From a candidate division FCPU426 bacterium (lineage in GTDB: Bacteria > Oederibacteriota > Muellerivitia > Muellerivitales > Muellerivitaceae): a stretch of 64,000 bases of DNA. Below the pieces are notes generated by a model that had not been told where the DNA came from, did not search any database, and saw only the letters and a list, made by a program, of their open reading frames with translations. The translations under genes were made by a program, and so were the position numbers. Shown piece after piece: positions 17,800 through 27,838 of the stretch. The DNA lies in NCBI GenBank assembly GCA_963847625.1, contig CAWKAR010000039.1, positions 128,001-192,000 on the forward strand, written 5' to 3'. Position 1 is the stretch's first letter, and every line of letters begins with the position of its first letter.

Positions 17800-19254
17800 A
17801 TGCCCCGCTGGACTACGATAAAATCCCCCGCCTTCAAGGTCTCCCTCGGACCCGCCTCCTGCTCCTTGGACTTGGGGGACGGAAGCGAGCGCGGCGAGTA
17901 CGTGGACCAGGACCATATCCTCACCGTCCTGGGCCGTCCCCACCGCTGCGTCAACCTCATGTACTGTTATTACCCCTACGACAAAGGCTGGCCCAAGCGC
18001 GCTTCGGAGGCCCATCCGCGGAAAACGGACCATGCCTGGTCTTTCCCTTACGACGATTATTTTCCCTTCACAGGCGGGCCGAAGGGGGACACTCACGGGA
18101 AAGTCTTCAGCCAAATGCGGGATATCCGGCGGCACGGCCAGGACGTGACCCTGACCCTCACCATGGATTGCGCCGTGACCGACGACCATATCCGCGTCAT
18201 CGCCAGGCAGTTAAGGCCCTTCGGCCGCCTGCGTCTTCGCCTCAACCACGAGTGCGACGGATTCTGGTTTTCCTTCAACCGCCGCTATTCCTACGAGGAA
18301 GTGGGGAAGTTTTTCGTTCGCTTCGCGAAGGCCTTCAAGAAGGAGGCTCCCGAGACCCTTCTCATGTGCTGTTGGGGACACGTGGAGGACCTTAAAAAGG
18401 GCCTGTTAAAGTGCGAGAAGGAACTCTCGCCGCTCCTTTACGCCGCCGACGTCTGGAGCGCGGACCAGTACGCCACCCTGGATTACGGTTACCCCTGCAA
18501 GCCCTGCGACCCGGAGAATATGGACAAGACCTACCGGCTCAACGGGGTGGATAACGTTTGGCGGCAGATCACGGGCATCCACCGGCGTTTTGTCGAATTG
18601 ACGGGCCTGGACAAGGGATTGGAGATCGGGGAATTCAACGCCGATGGAAACGTGGGGGGAGAGGCCCTCCAAGTGAGGCTCACCGAGGCTTTTTACCGGC
18701 GCGTGCTCAGGGAAAAACCCGACTTCCTCAAGGCCATCACTTATTACCAGTTCCGGGACCGGGCCCGGTTGGGCCTGGAACGGCAGGACCCGAACAATCC
18801 AGCCAATGCCTTACCGGCCATGTTCCTGCCTGTTTACCAGAAACTGCTCCGGGAACCCTATTTCCAACCGGGAGAAACTTGGACCCGGGTGCGGGGACCG
18901 CTCAAGATGGAATGGCGCGCCTCGGACGACTCGGACGGATTGGGTTGGAAAATCCCCCTGAAGGCCAAGCCCATCTTCCTGGAATTGTTGTTGGATCAGG
19001 AAGCCAACCTCATGGTGCGGGCCGGGAACAGGTGGGTTTACAAGAAGCCCGGCGTGGAAAGCGTAGACTTGACGGCCGCCGCGGCTGAGTGGGGAAGATT
19101 GAAACCCTTCCCGGTGGTCGTCTTCGCGCCGCCCGCCGACGGCACAAACCCCGGCGGGGCTTCTTCTGTCAAGGCCAAACTCAAAAAGCCCCCCCAACTG
19201 AGACTTCTATACCAGTGGAAATTACCGGGCGGAAAGAAATCATCGCCGACGTAA
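17800..19254 (+). CDS. Divergent clan GH-A (GH26-like) glycoside hydrolase without signal peptide
   Basis: LRLNHECDGFWF resembles GH26 R..HE..G.W; IGEFN is the candidate nucleophile. Confidence 0.6.
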   Translation: MPRWTTIKSPAFKVSLGPASCSLDLGDGSERGEYVDQDHILTVLGRPHRCVNLMYCYYPYDKGWPKRASEAHPRKTDHAWSFPYDDYFPFTGGPKGDTHGKVFSQMRDIRRHGQDVTLTLTMDCAVTDDHIRVIARQLRPFGRLRLRLNHECDGFWFSFNRRYSYEEVGKFFVRFAKAFKKEAPETLLMCCWGHVEDLKKGLLKCEKELSPLLYAADVWSADQYATLDYGYPCKPCDPENMDKTYRLNGVDNVWRQITGIHRRFVELTGLDKGLEIGEFNADGNVGGEALQVRLTEAFYRRVLREKPDFLKAITYYQFRDRARLGLERQDPNNPANALPAMFLPVYQKLLREPYFQPGETWTRVRGPLKMEWRASDDSDGLGWKIPLKAKPIFLELLLDQEANLMVRAGNRWVYKKPGVESVDLTAAAAEWGRLKPFPVVVFAPPADGTNPGGASSVKAKLKKPPQLRLLYQWKLPGGKKSSPT

Positions 19255-19260
19255 CACTTT

Positions 19261-20598
19261 TTAACCCCACCTTGCGCCATCGGAACTGCCGAGCGCGAGG
19301 AAGCCACCACCCTGGACTACGCTGGCCGCGATGCGGCGCGCGGCATCCAACCCTTTCTTTCCCTCCGCCAGCAGGCATACGGTCCCGCCCGATCCGCCGC
19401 CGGTGATCTTGGCCCCGTAAATTCCCTGGCCGGGCCCGGCTTTCCGGGCCGCCTCCACGATGGCGTCAGTGACGGGTTCCCCCAATCCGCAAGTCCCATA
19501 GCTGGAATGGGACCGGTACATGAGTTCCCCCATCCGGGTCAAAATATTCCGCCGTTTGCCCCTGTCCTTGGTCCGGGAAAGGGATAAAAGAAGTTCTTTG
19601 AATTGTTCAACCCGGAAATTCTCATGGACCGGGTGCCTGGAACAGGCCAGGACCCGGTAATCCGTTCCCGCCTTCACCTGGGTGGACTGGTCGATCGAGA
19701 CGGCTTTGCCCAGGAAATTCCGGCCCCTCATCTTTTCCGGAAGAATTCGGGCGAAGCGGCTTTCGAATTGGGAGGGCGTCACCGCGGCCAGGTAGCCGTT
19801 AAAAGGCAGGCGCGAAGCGTCACCCGTCTCTTGGGCCCGCCTCAAGCTGGACAGCGTTGCCCCTTCCCGCAGGGCGATGAGGCTGTAGCCCATGAAAGCC
19901 GCCGCTCTCACGTCCGAGTAGGACGCCCCTCCCACCCAATGGCGTATGCCCGAATCCACACCGACGAAATGGATTCCCTTCGGGACAGGCACGGGCCTTA
20001 AAACCTGGTCCGGGCGGCAGAGGATGGGAAGAAGCCCGCCTTTTTTTCCCAGATAGCAGGTCAACTGGTCCATGAGCCCGCAAGGCGCGCCCACCACTTC
20101 GTTCTCCACCCTCTGGCAGAGGCGGGGAAGCTCGGTGTCACCCAGCTTCAAGCTGAAAAGTTTTCCCAGGACGGCCATGACGGCTACTTCCACCGCGGCG
20201 GATGAGGAAAGCCCCTTGGCCCAGGGTACGCCGGATTGGAGGAAGAGGTTCGCCCCGCAAGGGGGTATTTTCTTTTCCGATAAGAGCAGGGTGACGCAGC
20301 CCAGGACATAAGCGGCCCAGGAAGCCTTGGGGTTTTGGGGGAAAAAGCGGCGGGCCCGGGAGATGTCCGAGAGATCCGGGGTCTGGACCTCCACGAGGGG
20401 TTGCAAGAGGGTCCTTTCGGCCTCCTGGCTGTAGGCGCGCCAAAGGCCGTCCTGGCGGGCGGTAGCCCGAACCACGGCCCTTTCCCGGATAGGCATTTCC
20501 AACACGAGGGAACCGGAATAATCGGCGATGCCTCCCATCACGTCCAATCGTCCAGGGGCGGAGGCCCGTACGATCCGGGTATCCTGCTTTTTTTTCAT
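19261..20598 (-). CDS. GHMP sugar kinase, L-arabinokinase-like
   Basis: APGRLDVMGGIADYSGSLVL (as in the plant ARA1 kinase domain), GLSSSAA, GAPCGLMDQ, AKITGGGSGG. Confidence 0.85.
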   Translation of the reverse strand: MKKKQDTRIVRASAPGRLDVMGGIADYSGSLVLEMPIRERAVVRATARQDGLWRAYSQEAERTLLQPLVEVQTPDLSDISRARRFFPQNPKASWAAYVLGCVTLLLSEKKIPPCGANLFLQSGVPWAKGLSSSAAVEVAVMAVLGKLFSLKLGDTELPRLCQRVENEVVGAPCGLMDQLTCYLGKKGGLLPILCRPDQVLRPVPVPKGIHFVGVDSGIRHWVGGASYSDVRAAAFMGYSLIALREGATLSSLRRAQETGDASRLPFNGYLAAVTPSQFESRFARILPEKMRGRNFLGKAVSIDQSTQVKAGTDYRVLACSRHPVHENFRVEQFKELLLSLSRTKDRGKRRNILTRMGELMYRSHSSYGTCGLGEPVTDAIVEAARKAGPGQGIYGAKITGGGSGGTVCLLAEGKKGLDAARRIAASVVQGGGFLALGSSDGARWG

Positions 20599-21641
20599 GG
20601 GATTTCCCGGAAGGCGGAAAGATCCAACGCCCTCAGTTGCGCGGCTTTTTCCTCCGGCAGGGTATCCACCATGAAGTTTCCCCCGCCGATTTCAGGCCCC
20701 GCCGGGAACTTCTGGATTCCCGGCTGGCGCAGGGGCGGCAGGAGCACGAGGTGGAGGTGGTAATCGGGGACAGGCTCCCGCAGGGGCGCCTGGTACAGGC
20801 TCATCACGTAGGGGAAGGGCATATTGTAAAGAAGGTCGAAACGGCGGGTGACCTGCTGGAAAACGCCGCACAAGTCCCCCAGTTCCCGGTCGGAAAGTGA
20901 GGAAAGGACGGCGTGGCGTTTCTTGGGAAAAATCCAGGTCTCGAAGGGCCAGCGCGCGAAAAAGGGGATGAAGGCCACAGCGCCGCCGTTCTCGGCCACA
21001 ACGCGGCTGCCGCCGGAGCTTTCGGCTTCCAGCACCCGCTCGAAAAGGTTTTGGCCCTTCTCCTTTTTAAACTCCGAAAGGGCCTCCAATTCCTGCTCGA
21101 CGTGCTTGAAGGTGAAGGAAGTGGCGTAAAGCTGGCAGTGGGGATGGGGGTTGGAGGTGCCAACGATGGCGCCCTTGTTCTCGAAGAATAGCGCGAACCA
21201 AATCCGGGGATTTTGGGCCAGTCCCTTGGTTTGTTCCCTCCAGGCCTGGAAGACTTTCACGGCCTTTTGGGGCGGGATGTCGGTCAAGCTCACGTTGTGG
21301 CGGGGATCGTAGCAAATCACCCGGGCCAGGCCTTCCGCCCTGGATTTTTTATAAAGGCCCTGGATGAGTTCCCGGGGAACCTCCGGGGCGTCCGGCCCCA
21401 CCACCGGAAGGTCGTTGTCGAAAATGAAAATGTCTTTGTAGCCGGGGTTGGTATCGCCGTGGACGCGCTTATTGCCGGGACAAAGGTAGCATTGGGGGTC
21501 ATAGGCGGGAGAGGGAGCCGTGTGAGGTTCCCGCTTGCCGTCCCAGGGCCGGTCGCTTCGGTGGGCGGAGTAAACCACCCATTCCCGGCGGAAGGGGTGC
21601 CAGCGTTGTTCCCATTTTCCTTGAAAGCCGGGTCCGGCCAT
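20595..21641 (-). CDS. galT: Galactose-1-phosphate uridylyltransferase
   Basis: RPW.G, CYLCPGN, FENKG...SNPHPHCQ. Confidence 0.92.
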   Translation of the reverse strand: MAGPGFQGKWEQRWHPFRREWVVYSAHRSDRPWDGKREPHTAPSPAYDPQCYLCPGNKRVHGDTNPGYKDIFIFDNDLPVVGPDAPEVPRELIQGLYKKSRAEGLARVICYDPRHNVSLTDIPPQKAVKVFQAWREQTKGLAQNPRIWFALFFENKGAIVGTSNPHPHCQLYATSFTFKHVEQELEALSEFKKEKGQNLFERVLEAESSGGSRVVAENGGAVAFIPFFARWPFETWIFPKKRHAVLSSLSDRELGDLCGVFQQVTRRFDLLYNMPFPYVMSLYQAPLREPVPDYHLHLVLLPPLRQPGIQKFPAGPEIGGGNFMVDTLPEEKAAQLRALDLSAFREIP

Positions 21642-21650
21642 GGTCTCCCT

Positions 21651-23969
21651 TTAAGTTCCTTTAATCGTCCATTTCACCTTGGGCAGGCGGGAGGGGTCCA
21701 GGATTTTCCAGGAGGAACCCACCTTCTCCAGGACCAGTTCCCTCAGGACCTTGTCCTTGGGGAGGCACAACAGGCCCGCGGCGCGGGGGGTGTTTCCATA
21801 CACGCCCAGCTCGATGCGGGACCAGTCCATCTTCGCGGTGGTCTGGGCCAGTTTCAAGCGGGGCAGGACCGAGCCCTCTCTCACCAGGATGACGCAGGGG
21901 ATGGGGGATGGCTTGATGCGGTGCCATTGCCCGCCACGGTAGGATTTCCGGGTCTGGTAATCCACCCAGTTTCCAGGCGGCAGGTACACTTCGCGCTCGG
22001 AAACTTCCTCGAAAAGCGGCGCCACCAGGATTTGGGAACCAAACAAGTACTCGTCTTCGATGAGCCAGGACGCGGGGTCCGCCGGGAATTCGAAAAAGAG
22101 GGGCCGCAGCATGGGGAAACCCTTCCGGGAGCAGTCGTGCGCCTGGGCGTAAACGTAGGGCATGAGGCGGTATTTCATCTCCACGGAAAGCCGGAACTCA
22201 TCCTCGAAATTCTTGCCGTAAACCCAGGGCTCCCGGGGCGGAACGCCGTGGCACCGGCTGTGGGAAGTCAAGAGGCCGAAAGGAGTCCAGCGCCGGTAAA
22301 GCTCCCTGGGCGCCTTATGCACGAACCCGCCGATGTCGTGGCTCCAGAAGGAAAAACCGCATAGGCCAAAGGACAGCCCGCCCCTCAGGGTCGCGGCCAT
22401 GCCGCCGTAGGAATCCTCCGCGTCGCCGCCCCAGTGAAGGGGGTAGCGCTGGCTCCCGGCCCAGGCGCTCCGCGCCCAGATGATGTTCCCGCCCGTCACG
22501 TCCTTCGTGATATCGGCTGCGGCCTTGTTGTACCGCAGGGGATAGAGATTGTGCTCCATGAAGCCGGTCTTGCCCGAGTGGTACACCCCCTTGAGGGGGG
22601 CCGCCTCGCCGAAGTCCACCTTGATGGCGCCCACGCCCATGCGCAGGAGCACGGCCAGGTTTTTTTGGTACCACTTCACGGCCCGGGGATTGCTGAAATC
22701 CAGCGTGGCGTCGTCGGTGGGCAGGCCGCTCCGGCCGTCGGTGACGGCCAGGCGGTTTTGGATGATCTCGTTGAACAGCCGGTTGTTGGGGGTGAAGTAG
22801 GGAAGCTGCCAAAGGCTGACCTTGAATCCCTGCTTTTCCAGGTCCTTGAGCATCCTGAGCGGGTCCTTGAAGCGGCTGGTGGAAAAGCGGTAGTCGCATC
22901 GCCAGTCCTCCTCGAACCAGCCCGTGTCCAGGTGGATGACGTCGGAGGGGATCCTGTGCTTCCGGAGGTTCTTCGCCACCTCGCGGGTTTCCCGCTCGGA
23001 CTTGTAGGTGCAGCGGCTCATCCACAACCCGAAGCTCCAGAGGGGCGGCACGGGACTGCGGCCGGTCAAGGCGGTGTATTCGGACAGGACCTCCTTGGGG
23101 CCGCCCAGGAAAAAGAAGAGGTCCAACTCCTCGTCCCCGGTGAAGAGCGTGGTGGCCTCGCCGTAGGAATGGCCGAAATCGAAGGTGGAGGGCGCGGTGG
23201 TGTGCAGGAACATGCCGTAGCCCCGGTCGCTCAGGAAGAAAGGCACCGGTTTGTACATGCCGTCGTGCTGGACACCATGGCAGTCGTAGGCCCAGAGTAC
23301 CACCTTCTGGCCGCGCTTGTTGAGGCGCGTGAAGGATTCCCCGCAGCCGTAGATTTTCTCGCCGTTCGCCAGGGAAAAGGAGGCCGCGAACTGGCGGGAA
23401 TATTCCGGCGTGGGCCGCATGAAGCAAAAGGGTAGGGGATCGGTGTTGCGCAGGCTGCGGCAATCTTTCAAGTGAAGGGTCTTGGTGAGCAGTTTCCCGG
23501 AAGCGTCGCGGAATTCCAGGGCCCAGGGGTCCTGAACCACGGTGACGGACCCGGCGGGGCCGATGTAGGTCACGCGACCCTGGGACTTTTCCACCTTCCA
23601 GGGTTTCAGGGCCCGGGGCTCCTGGGCCAGCATCAGGGAGGTTTCCTTGCGGCGGGGGTATTTGCGGGGCCTGAATCTCAGGCGGAGGGTTCTGTCCCCG
23701 TAAAAGGAGATGGAGAAGGGATAGGGTTCCTGTTCGTCCCCGTACTCGGCGGGAAACTCCCAGGGCGGGTTGGAAATCAAATTGAGGCCTTCCTGGTTGA
23801 AGGCCACCCGGACCTTGTAGGCGTAACGCCCCCAGAGGATGTCGCCTTTCGCCTTGGCCGCGTCGAAGGAACCCAGCTTCACCGGCAGGAACATGGTGTT
23901 TTCCAGGTTCGAGAAGGAACGGCTCACATCCACGGGGTGGTTCAAAAGGGTGTAAGGATGCTCTTTCAT
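21651..23969 (-). CDS. GH31 alpha-xylosidase (YicI-like), no signal peptide
   Basis: YKPVPF, FGLWMS, KVDFGE, HWGGD, WSHDIGGF, HSRCHG. Confidence 0.9.
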   Translation of the reverse strand: MKEHPYTLLNHPVDVSRSFSNLENTMFLPVKLGSFDAAKAKGDILWGRYAYKVRVAFNQEGLNLISNPPWEFPAEYGDEQEPYPFSISFYGDRTLRLRFRPRKYPRRKETSLMLAQEPRALKPWKVEKSQGRVTYIGPAGSVTVVQDPWALEFRDASGKLLTKTLHLKDCRSLRNTDPLPFCFMRPTPEYSRQFAASFSLANGEKIYGCGESFTRLNKRGQKVVLWAYDCHGVQHDGMYKPVPFFLSDRGYGMFLHTTAPSTFDFGHSYGEATTLFTGDEELDLFFFLGGPKEVLSEYTALTGRSPVPPLWSFGLWMSRCTYKSERETREVAKNLRKHRIPSDVIHLDTGWFEEDWRCDYRFSTSRFKDPLRMLKDLEKQGFKVSLWQLPYFTPNNRLFNEIIQNRLAVTDGRSGLPTDDATLDFSNPRAVKWYQKNLAVLLRMGVGAIKVDFGEAAPLKGVYHSGKTGFMEHNLYPLRYNKAAADITKDVTGGNIIWARSAWAGSQRYPLHWGGDAEDSYGGMAATLRGGLSFGLCGFSFWSHDIGGFVHKAPRELYRRWTPFGLLTSHSRCHGVPPREPWVYGKNFEDEFRLSVEMKYRLMPYVYAQAHDCSRKGFPMLRPLFFEFPADPASWLIEDEYLFGSQILVAPLFEEVSEREVYLPPGNWVDYQTRKSYRGGQWHRIKPSPIPCVILVREGSVLPRLKLAQTTAKMDWSRIELGVYGNTPRAAGLLCLPKDKVLRELVLEKVGSSWKILDPSRLPKVKWTIKGT

Positions 23970-24104
23970 TCCGAGACCTCCAGGGGGTAAATGAATTAGG
24001 TAAAGAATCTACAACCTGGGGGCCGGACCTGCCAGGGAAAATTAGCGCCTTTTTGGGAATCAGGGGACGGAAACAAGGAAATTAAGCGACAACCAATCAG
24101 GACC

Positions 24105-24533
24105 TTATGGAAAAGTTTGGGAGACGGTGAAGACATAGGGAGGACTCAGGTTGGTCAGGGCAGCGCTGGTGACGGCTCTCGCCCCGATCGTGTAGTTGAA
24201 GGTGAGCGGTCCGCCGGCGGGATCGAATGTGGCTGACATACTTCCGATGGAACCGGGATAAACGGACATTCCGGTGGAGGTCACGCTGGCCACGCTCGCG
24301 CCCGAGAAAGTAACGGACATCGTGGCGCCGTTGTAGGTATTGGTGGCTACGCCGGTGACCGAGCCGGCGCCAGGGAGGGTGAAGGTGATAATGACCTGTT
24401 CAGCACGCTGCTGAATGGGGGACCCGGGCCCGTTGCCGCAACCGTTCAGGAAAAGGAAGGGGATCAGGCCGATGGAGGCCCCCAGCACGACGACGAATGT
24501 AGACACCAACAAACGGCCGAACCGGTTCCCCAT
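24105..24533 (-). CDS. Small lipoprotein of unknown function
   Basis: AGGAG RBS; MGNRFGR, hydrophobic stretch and LNGC lipobox. Confidence 0.65.
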   Translation of the reverse strand: MGNRFGRLLVSTFVVVLGASIGLIPFLFLNGCGNGPGSPIQQRAEQVIITFTLPGAGSVTGVATNTYNGATMSVTFSGASVASVTSTGMSVYPGSIGSMSATFDPAGGPLTFNYTIGARAVTSAALTNLSPPYVFTVSQTFP

Positions 24534-24711
24534 GATATTCCTCCTGAAATTCGCCGGCCCCAGGAAGGAGAGGGTCTCACCGATCCGCGGGTTCCTGGAG
24601 GGGCCGAAACGATTCATGTATTTTACCCGAAGCCTTACCCTAATTCCACCCCGGGAAAACCAGCAGGTTGTGACCCCCAACCACCGTCAGGAATTGCCGG
24701 AATAAAGGAAA

Positions 24712-27483
24712 TTACCGGCTGGCGGCGGTTGAGGAATGGAGGGTGACGGCGGCCCCTTTCAGGTCCTTGGACTCGGCCGTCAAGACCACGTCCCCAGGCT
24801 CATCACCCGCCTTGACTATCGCCATGCAAAGGCCGTTGAAAGCCCGCCTTTGATCCGCCTTGTCCGGCTCGTGGCTGGAGGGGTCCCCGTTGGCCACACC
24901 CGCGATGGAGCCAGGTCCCGTGACGTGGAAGACCACCTCATTGTCGGCCGTGGGAACCACCCGGCCTTTCACGTCCAGGATCGAGACTTTGACCGGAATC
25001 TCATCCTCGCCGTCGGAGAGCATTTCAGTACCGAAAGGCTCCAGCTTGACCGAGGCGGGCGCGTCCGTGGTTTCCACACGGTCCTCCGCGGCCTTTTTCC
25101 CCGCGTTGGAACCCACCGCGCTCAAAACGCCCGCGTGGTAGGGGACTTTCCATTCCAGGTGGCCCCACTGGGGCATGTCCTTCTCCCCCAGGCTTTTCCC
25201 ATTCAGGAACAGCTCCACCTTCTCGCAATTGCCGTAGCACCACACGTCGACCGGCTCCCCTTCCTTGTCCGGCCAGTTCCAATGGGGTAGAAGATGAACC
25301 AGGGGGTTGCCGCCCCACCAGGCCTGGTAATAAAAGAAGTTGTCCTTGGGGAAACCGCACATGTCCATGACGCCGAAGTGGGAGTTCACGCAGGGCCACC
25401 AGTAGGGCGTGGGCTCGCCCCGGTAGTCGAATCCCGTCCAGACGAACCCTCCTGCCATGAAGGGATTCTTCGCCAGGGGCGTCCAGGCGTCCTCGGCGGT
25501 CTGGGCCCAATCCGGAAAATTCTCGTCATAGGCGCTCACGTAGCCCTGGTCCTTGTTGTTCTGGTAGATGCCCCGGTCGGAAACCGTGCTGGCGGTCTCG
25601 CTCCCGAAAAGTGGGATGCCGGGATGGCTTTTATGGTAGCTGCCGTATTCGGAGGGGTGGTAGTTGAATCCCTGGAGGTCCACCACGTCCGAAAGGCCGG
25701 AACCCCAGCCGTAGTTCATGGCGCAGGTGATGAGCCGGGTCTTGTCGAGCCTCAGGATGTCCTTCTTCATGGCCTCGCCCCGGTGTTTCCCGGTTTCGGT
25801 GCCCTGGAGGGATTCCTCGTTGCAAAGAGACCAAAGGATGACGCTGGGGTGGTTGCGGTCGCGGAGCACCATGCTTTCCAGCTGGGAAAGGATTTCGGGG
25901 TCGTCGCCCAGGCGGCGGTTCTCGTCCATGACCAGCATGCCCTGCCGGTCGCATTCGTCGAGCAGTTCGGAGGCCGGGGGGTTGTGGGAGCAGCGGTAGG
26001 CGTTGGAACCCATGTCCTTGAGCCTTTGGATCCGGTAGGTGAAAACCCGGTCCGGGATGGCGATGCCGATGCCGGCGAAATCCTGGTGGTTGCAGGTACC
26101 CTTCAATTTAAGCGGTTTGCCGTTGAGGAAAAACCCGAGGTCCTTGTCGAAGCGGGCGGTGCGCACCCCGAACCGGGTCGTGGCCTGGTCCACCACTTTC
26201 CCATCCTTTTCCAAGCTTGTGACGAGGGTGTAAAGGGAAGGGCTGTCCGGGGACCAAAGGGCAGGGTGGGGGATTTCTCCCTTTTGGGTGACGGCCCCGG
26301 TCTCGCCCGGGGGAACCGTGACGCCTTCAGTGAGGCTAAGAACGGTTTTCCCATCCTTATCCAGGACTTCTGATACCACTTGGCAGGATTTTAGAGATTT
26401 CGAGCGGTTGTCCACGCTGGTCTGGATTTCAAGGGAGGCCTGGTTAGGGTCCACCTCTTGGTCGGGGTTGGAAACCACATAAACTCCCCAGGGTTCCACG
26501 TGGAGGGGATCGGCCTTGTTGAGCCAGATGTGGCGGTAGATTCCCCCGCCCTCATACCACCAGCCCTCGGTATCGCGGGCATCCACGTAAACGGCCAGCG
26601 TGTTCACGCCGCCGTACTTGATCGCCCCAGTGATGTCGTAACGGAAACTCGTGTAACCGCTGGGGTGTTTTCCCAGGAGCTTGCCATTGAGCCAAACCCG
26701 GCTGTCCCGGTAGACGCCGTCGAAGTCAATCCAAAGGCTCCGGCCCTTGTCGGAAAGGGGGACCTTGAAAGATTTCCGGTACCAGCCGGGGTCCTTGGGC
26801 AGGAAGCCGTGGTTCCCGTCGGCGGAGGGGCTGAAGGGGCCCTCCACCACGAAATCGTGGGGAAGGTGGACCTCTTTCCAATCCTGGTCGTCGAAAGCTT
26901 CCAGGGCCGCGGGGGGAACCGGCTCCTCCGGGCCCAGGGACATCAGGCCGGCTTCCTTAATGTTACCCTCGCCATAGGTATTTTCCACCAGCACCGTCAC
27001 CTCGTTGGGGCCTCCTTCCTTCCATACGGCATCCAGGTTGATGTCGAAGGGGTCGTTCCAACCCTCGTGGTAGGTCATTTTCGTCCCGTTTACCCAGACC
27101 GTGGCGTTGTCGTCCACGCCCGCGAAGTGAAGCACGCGGTGGGGGCCGGGCGCGTCCGGCAGGGGGGCCTTTACCCAGGCGAAACCGGGCTGGTGATTGA
27201 AGAGGTCCTGGCCGTTTTGGGCGTCCTGCCAGTCCGCTCCGCCGGTGGAAACCCCGAGGGAGGCGGGTTTCTCGTCTGTGGGTTTGGCTTTGCCGGCGGG
27301 TTTATAGCGCCAGGAGGGAATCTTCACGCCGGTGTAAATATCCGAGCCTGCCACGGCGCCCAGGTGGAATTTCCACCCCGCGTCGAGCCGGATGCGTTCC
27401 CGGCCCCGGGGTTCCGCCGCCCAACAGGCGAAGGGGAGCATCCAGGCGAGTAAAAGGCAATAAAGGGATTTATGGGGGGACAT
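24712..27483 (-). CDS. Secreted GH2 beta-galactosidase-like hydrolase
   Basis: Signal peptide (ACWA), GYTSF, GGGIYR, AYRCSHNP, RDRNHPSVILWSLCNEE, FGSET, WTGFDYRGEP. Confidence 0.92.
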   Translation of the reverse strand: MSPHKSLYCLLLAWMLPFACWAAEPRGRERIRLDAGWKFHLGAVAGSDIYTGVKIPSWRYKPAGKAKPTDEKPASLGVSTGGADWQDAQNGQDLFNHQPGFAWVKAPLPDAPGPHRVLHFAGVDDNATVWVNGTKMTYHEGWNDPFDINLDAVWKEGGPNEVTVLVENTYGEGNIKEAGLMSLGPEEPVPPAALEAFDDQDWKEVHLPHDFVVEGPFSPSADGNHGFLPKDPGWYRKSFKVPLSDKGRSLWIDFDGVYRDSRVWLNGKLLGKHPSGYTSFRYDITGAIKYGGVNTLAVYVDARDTEGWWYEGGGIYRHIWLNKADPLHVEPWGVYVVSNPDQEVDPNQASLEIQTSVDNRSKSLKSCQVVSEVLDKDGKTVLSLTEGVTVPPGETGAVTQKGEIPHPALWSPDSPSLYTLVTSLEKDGKVVDQATTRFGVRTARFDKDLGFFLNGKPLKLKGTCNHQDFAGIGIAIPDRVFTYRIQRLKDMGSNAYRCSHNPPASELLDECDRQGMLVMDENRRLGDDPEILSQLESMVLRDRNHPSVILWSLCNEESLQGTETGKHRGEAMKKDILRLDKTRLITCAMNYGWGSGLSDVVDLQGFNYHPSEYGSYHKSHPGIPLFGSETASTVSDRGIYQNNKDQGYVSAYDENFPDWAQTAEDAWTPLAKNPFMAGGFVWTGFDYRGEPTPYWWPCVNSHFGVMDMCGFPKDNFFYYQAWWGGNPLVHLLPHWNWPDKEGEPVDVWCYGNCEKVELFLNGKSLGEKDMPQWGHLEWKVPYHAGVLSAVGSNAGKKAAEDRVETTDAPASVKLEPFGTEMLSDGEDEIPVKVSILDVKGRVVPTADNEVVFHVTGPGSIAGVANGDPSSHEPDKADQRRAFNGLCMAIVKAGDEPGDVVLTAESKDLKGAAVTLHSSTAASR

Positions 27484-27770
27484 AGGGGGCCTTTCGCGGC
27501 TTTTTAAAGCCGTACAGGGGAAAAATATCACGCCGGTCTGGAATTTAATTTGACAGGGAATGATAACAGGAAGGTCCTTATCCGGAAACATCGGAGAATG
27601 GGAAATACCCGCGGCTTAAGCGATCTGTTCTATTAGGTTAATCGACACCTGGTCTAAAAGGCGGGGTTTGGCACTATGGCGCGTCATTTTGGCGCCATGG
27701 CGCGTCAAAAGAAAGGGTTTTCCTTTGACTCCCTTTGGGCTATGGGCGCCAGAATGTGAAAGTTGTATTT

Positions 27771-27784
27771 TTGTGGTATCATTT
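27771..27784 (+). promoter_or_regulatory. Extended -10-like motif TTGTGGTATCATTT
   Basis: Shared with 32098 and 36453, each upstream of a paralogous lipoprotein. Confidence 0.65.
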
Positions 27785-27838
27785 TTTTCTGGCTTTAAAA
27801 TAAACCATCATTCATCCAAATCCAGAGGTGATCATTTT

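Noticed and set aside
27669..27683. Sigma-54 promoter
   Set aside because: TGGCAC is present but the GC dinucleotide is not at GG-N10-GC spacing.
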